Source: Hemiscyllium ocellatum | Lineage: Eukaryota | Length of the DNA stretch: 64,000 nucleotides | Assembly: GCF_020745735.1 (NCBI RefSeq) | Contig: NC_083409.1 | Span: 17,876,341 to 17,940,340 of the forward strand | Reading direction: 5' to 3' | Shown: piece after piece, positions 59,080 through 64,000 of the stretch | Layout: each line of letters begins with the position of its first letter | Numbering within the stretch: the stretch's first letter is position 1 | The notes under the pieces: model-generated | What the model was told of the DNA's origin: nothing | The model's database searches: none | The model's input: the letters and a program-made list of their open reading frames with translations, nothing else | Translations under genes and position numbers: made by a program

Positions 59080-59345
59080 TCTGGAACGACAAGGGCAGCA
59101 GATATATGGGAACACCAAATCCCTGGAAGTTCCATACAAGCCACTCACCATCCTGACTTTGAACTGTTCCTTCACTGCCATTGGGTCAAAATCCTGGAAT
59201 TTTCTCTCTCAGGGCTTCATGAGTCTATCTACAGCACATGGACGCAACGGTTCAAGAAAGCAACTCAGTACCAACTTCACCAGGGCAACTAGGTATAGGT
59301 AATAAATGCTGGCCCATTCAGTGAACCCCACATCCCATGAAGGAA
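59080..59345 (+). mobile_element. Second LINE family 3' end
   Basis: GSKSWN..RFKK motifs and tail GGTAATAAATGCTGGCCC..CCCACATCCCATGAA. Confidence 0.7.
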
Positions 59346-61246
59346 CTTTAAGAAGCCCATTTCCTTTGACATCTCCCTTCCACCCAGCCTAATACTCAGG
59401 CCTCATTGGCTGCTTGGGTTTTATTTGCCATTCCATCCTATTCTCCACTCTGTGTCCTGTCCCTGAGATCCTGGTCAATAGTTCGCTGTTATTGTGGGAA
59501 CCAGCTGAGAGGAAATGGGCTGTCACAGTTCCCACATTACAACAATGACTAGACTTTGCAAGTATTCCATTAGCTGTAAAACATCTTTGAACATCCTGAG
59601 CTCATGAACGGTGTAACAGAAGTGCAATTCTCTCTCCTTTTTGTTTCCTCTCCATGCCTTCCCATCTGTCTCCCCACAACATCCCTTCCTTGTTTAAAAT
59701 CTAGAATGAATTATGAATCTCTGAGAGAACTTAATCTGCGGCAACATTGAGACTAACAACAACCACCTCCTTGGTGGGCTTTGAGTGTGAAAACAATAAC
59801 ACTCTCACTGGGACTTGATCTGGGTTGTCTCCAGTCAGTCAGTGTTATTGTTCTGGGGCCAGACAGTACTGACCAACCTTAGACCCTGTGATTTGATTGA
59901 GATGAATGGTAGCCTGTGCTGAGCTTTAACACTCGGGTCAGTGTAGTGAAGCAGGGATTGCACATTTCCCAAGAGAGTAAAACGAATTAACAAACCAGTG
60001 TCCCTCCCTGACGCTGGACAGTTGGGAGACAGGGACAGTAGCATCCTCAGACAGAAAGGATGGCAGAAATAGTATGGCCCCAAAGAGGGAGGGGACAGGA
60101 ACAACAACACTACCCTGAGAGAAAGGGGACAGTTACAGTGACACTCCCCAGAGACAGTAACTGCCTGTTAACTATTTTTTTGTTGTGTTCTGATGAATGT
60201 CCTTGGGAAATTGGTTTGGTTTATATTTTCTCAGTTGTATTCGGGTTTGATGAGGTGATTCGGGAACAAGGATTCCAATTCTATATTTCCTGTAGCAGCA
60301 GATCCACTGAAGGTCATCCTTTCATTTGGAGCTTGCCCCAGGTTTCTGTCCAGGCTGATACAACATGATCTACCAGTGCTGCTCCTATTGGGCGAAATCA
60401 TCACACACCAAGGAATCTGACGCCACTTTCTCTTTGTGCTGGTAAAGGGAGAGATTTGCGTTTCCTGCAATGGCGGACAAAGAAATGGGACAGGAGAAAA
60501 TGGGTTGTTTTCCTTGAAAGCTGGACGTAGTGGGATGAGAATTCAAACACCCACCCACTCTGTTACATGGTGTCGAAGACCCACTGTCCTCATCAAAACA
60601 TGTTTGCAAAGCTCTTCGTAACACGTAAGGGGAGAGAAGCATTGAAAACTGTGTTATCATGAATGAGGGTCCATTACAAACTAGGACCATGACGTTAAAT
60701 GATCCTAGAAATGATATATTTCCATCATTCGTTTATTAAGCAATATTAAAATGTCTGCAATCAGAAAGAAAAACCAAAACAATGTGCAGATTGTTGAACA
60801 GGTCCCTACACCTGGGCCTGAGGCAGGAGCCCAAGCTCCAACACACTGGCCTCACTTCACACCAACCTTCACACAGTGTGGGGTCATGAACTCCCAGCCA
60901 TCAATCCCTCTGGGACCCGGATGGAGTGAGGGAACAGGGACAATTGTAGAAGTGTCAACAAGAGAGTAAGGAAAGATGGAGAGGGTGTTTTGGAAAGTGT
61001 TTAATGGAGGGAACATACTTTGTGTCACTCAGCACTGACATAATCTATGTGTATCACAGAATGAATAAAAAAAGCACACTATGAAGACGATCATATCACA
61101 GGGGAAATTTCACTGGGGTGTGATAAATATCCTGGTTCAGAAGCTTTTCCCCCCCCCTCTCTCTCTCTCCGCATTTCTACGGATTGAACCGGTTAGACCC
61201 GAGCAGGGCCCCAGTTCATTTGTTCTCTTCAGGGACAGTGGAACAG

Positions 61247-61261
61247 CTGCCCTCTAGTGGC
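61247..61261 (-). promoter_or_regulatory. CTCF motif (reverse) in CpG-rich unique sequence
   Basis: The reverse complement GCCACTAGAGGGCAG matches CCASYAGRKGGCRS at 14/14. The surrounding 61170-61400 retains many CpGs. Confidence 0.62.
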
Positions 61262-61989
61262 TATAGAGTGCTGGTACCGCTGCTGAGAACCACGCGTCAA
61301 CTCCCGGGCCATGAGCATCTGAACGAAACTGCAGCCATTCCGGTGGATTCCAGTGGGAATGAGTTATCGGTTGTTTCGGCCTGGTTCACCAGTCAGTCAG
61401 TCAGGCCATGGCTGACCTGGAACATATTCCCACTTAATTCTGTAACACTTACCTTCCTGAGCGAATGAACATTGAACCCTGACCTTGACAGCTTTGTCAG
61501 ACTGAGGGTTCTAGATTTCCACCACTCTTTGTCAGGAAGAGTTCCTCCTGAAATCTTTCCCAATTCTAATTTTATCCATCCTCTTGTTCTGGATTCGGAC
61601 ATTGGAGAAAACAGCTTACATCAACACCATTCTTCATTCCCAGGGAAAAGCCTCGCTTTTCCAACCTGTTCTCTCTCATGAACAGTTTCTGATCTGAAGG
61701 TGACATCACAGGCTGGATACTGAGAGGGTGGATCCTGTTATAGGGCAGACGAGAACTGGGGGCCGGTTTAACACAAACCAGTGTTTAACACAAATTTTGA
61801 GTGGGAGCAGCGGCTGAGTAAAAGCGAACCCGGAAGACTACAGCTAAGGTAAGACAGTTTGTTTTAAAATTACTTACCTGTAGCGGGCAGCGGTGTTTTT
61901 TTTCTCTATCTTCACAGAAATAGCGGGTGCAGCAGGGGAAGTGACGGCTACCAGAGGGGCAGCCAGGAAGGAAAGCAGTGAGTTGTCCC

Positions 61990-62300
61990 TGTTCCCTGGG
62001 ACACAGACCGAGACAAACATCAACTGTGCCTGGAGGAACAACAACTCGGTGAAGGACCTGTGGATCTTCCAGCTGAAGGAGTTGACCCCGACTGAGTGCT
62101 GTAGACTGGCACATTCCACGGTCCAGCACTACGTGATGAGGAACGGGCTGAAGCTTGGCGTATCTGCTGCCAAGGTGCGGTGGGGAAAGGCTACCGTGTA
62201 ATGTCTGCCTGCCTAAGAACAGGGGGCCCACGCAGTCATTTGGGCTCTGCTTATCCCCCCAGCTAAATATGTGGATAGTAATTGTACAGACCTGTATATA
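61990..62300 (+). mobile_element. L1/Tx1-clade LINE ORF2 C-terminus and 3' UTR (resumes 63539-63665)
   Basis: ETNINCAWRNNNSVKD..FQLKELTPTECCRLAHSTVQHYV..LKLG..AAKVRWGKATV*, recalled as a Tx1-type C-terminus. AATAAA 63637-42 and an A-rich end lie on the far side of the PLE insert. Confidence 0.7.
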
Positions 62301-63538
62301 GCTGAAAATGTGTAGCTGGAAAAGTGCAGCAGGTCAGGCAGCATCCAAGGAGCAGGAGAATCCACGTTTCGGGCATGAGCCCTTTTTCAGGAATGAGGAA
62401 AGTGTGTCCAGCAGGCTAAGATAAAAGGTAGAGAGGAGGGACTTGGGGGAGGGGCATTGGAAATGCGATAGGTGGAAGGAGGTCAAGGTGAGGGTGATAG
62501 GCTGGAGTGGGGGTGGGGGCGGAGAGGTCAGGAAGAAGATTGCAGGTTAGGAAGGCGGTGCTGAGTTCGAGGGAAGATGGGGGGAGGGGAAATGAGGAAA
62601 CTGGAGAAATCTGAGTTCATCCCTTGTGGTTGGAGGGTTTCTAAGCGGAAGATGAGGCGCTCTTCCTCCAACCGTCGTGTTGCTATGGTCTGGCGATGGA
62701 GGAGTCCAAGGACCTGCATGTCCTTGGTGGAGTGGGAGGGGGAGTTGAAGTGTTGAGCCACGGGGTGGTTGGGTTGGTTGATCCGGGTGTCCCAGAGGTG
62801 TTCTCTGAAACATTCTGCAAGTAGGTGGCCTTTCTCCCCAATATAGAGGAGGCCACATTGGGTGCAGCAGATGCAATAAATGATGTGTGTGGAGGTGCAG
62901 GCGGATATAGAAGGATCCCTTGGGGCCTTGGAGGCAAGTAAGGGGAGAGGTGTGGGCACAAGTTTTGCATTTCTTGCGGTTGCAGGGGAAGGTGCCGGGA
63001 GTGGAGGTTGGGTTGGTGAGGGGTGTGGGCCTGACGAAGGAGTCACAGAGGGATTATTCTTTTTGGAACGCTGATAGGGGAGGGGAGGGAAATATATCCC
63101 TAGTGGTGGGGTCCATTTGGAGGTGGTGGAAATGACGGCGGATGATACGCTGTCTATGTACGTTGGTGAGGTGGTAAGTGAGGAACAGTGGGGTTCTGTC
63201 CTGGTGGTGTTTGGAGGGGCGGGGCTCAAGGGCGGAGGAGCAGGAAGTGGAGGGCATCGTCGATCACGTCTGGGGGGAAATTGCGGTCTTTGAAGAAGGA
63301 GGCCATCTGGGTTGTACGGTATTGGAACTGGTCCTCCTGGGAGCAGATGCGACGGAGACGAAGGAATTGGGAATATGGGATGGCGTTTTTACAGGGGGCA
63401 GGGCTGAAAATGTGTTGCTGGAAAAGCGCAGCAGGTCAGGCAGCATCCAAGGAGCAGGAGAATCGACGTTTTGGGCATGAGCACTTCTTCAGGAATGAGG
63501 AAAGTGTGTCCAGCAGGCTAAGACCGAAAATGTGTTGC
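62301..63538 (-). mobile_element. 5'-truncated Penelope-like element with two direct pseudo-LTRs
   Basis: pLTRs 62301-62421 and 63403-63523 flank RT-thumb (KNAIPYSQFLRLRRIC) and GIY-YIG (IIYCICCTQCGLLYIGE) coding remnants. TATATA on both sides. Confidence 0.88.
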
Positions 63539-63771
63539 TATATATGAATGATTATTCTGTCCCTGTATGCAAAGAAATGGAATGTTTACGGATGTATGGC
63601 ATGAACCAATTTGACAGATCATCAAAATATTTTATGAATAAAGTATATTTTTGGAATTTAAAAAGTGCCTTATTCACTATCTTTTCAACCTGTGATTCTA
63701 ATTTCAAGGACCTACGAACCTGCATTTCAAGGTCTTTTTGTTCAGCAACACTCCCCAGTACCTCACCAGTA

Positions 63772-64000
63772 AGGGGTGACATGGTGGCTCAGTGATTAAC
63801 ACTGCTGCCTCACAGTGCCAGAGCCCTGGTTCAGTTCCAGACTCGGGTGACTGTCCATGTGGAATTTGTACATTCTCCATGTGTCTGTGTGGGTTACCTC
63901 CCATAATCTAAAGATGTGCAGATTAGGTGAATTGGCCATGCTAAATTGCCCAAAGTTCAGGCATATGTACAATAGGTTCATTAGTCAGGGTTAAATGTAG
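63772..64000 (+). mobile_element. tRNA-derived SINE (HE1-like), runs off the window end
   Basis: GGTGGCTCAGTGATTAACACTGCTGCCTCACAG..GGTTCAGTTCC head and typical body. Confidence 0.85.

Noticed and set aside
61871-61880. TACTTACCTG as a U1 snRNA 5' end (possible Tx1 target)
   Set aside because: Similarity stops after 10 nt. It is equally a reversed splice donor within an imperfect hairpin, and no U1 body follows.
1-64000. Additional V, J or C segments, or germline-joined VJ
   Set aside because: I checked the other CACAGTG/CACTGTG occurrences I could find, and none had a nonamer at 12 or 23 nt. No other YYC, WYQQ or FGxG Ig motifs appear in the ORF track. A by-eye scan could miss degenerate copies.

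Overview
Repeat-rich cartilaginous-fish (shark) genomic DNA; the lineage is inferred from the Ig and repeat families. It contains one complete, unrearranged, apparently intact immunoglobulin light-chain cluster of the kappa (shark NS4/type III) kind on the + strand. The parts are: promoter (about 33180-33276), leader exon 33337-33385, V exon 33572-33870 with a 12-RSS, J 34370-34404 with a 23-RSS, an 11.4-kb J-C intron, C exon 45823-46151 and polyA signal 46679. Most other sequence is nested retroelement debris: CR1 LINEs, a second LINE family, L2, L1-Tx1, tRNA and Deu-type SINEs, Penelope-like elements (PLEs) and a Gmr1-like Gypsy with integrase before RT. Three signals stand out. (1) Small PLE-derived fold-back modules of about 150-270 bp carry minimal hammerhead ribozyme cores or remnants and are flanked by 11-18 bp target-site duplications; the copies in the Ig intron have broken cores. 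(2) An inverted duplicated block of about 0.9 kb keeps a PU.1/IRF (EICE) + E-box + RUNX motif set in both copies. (3) Candidate 3' regulatory architecture lies downstream of C: a kB palindrome, an E-box cluster and convergent CTCF motifs. All alignments were done by eye, so transposon boundaries are approximate (tens of bp). No database search or folding computation was run.
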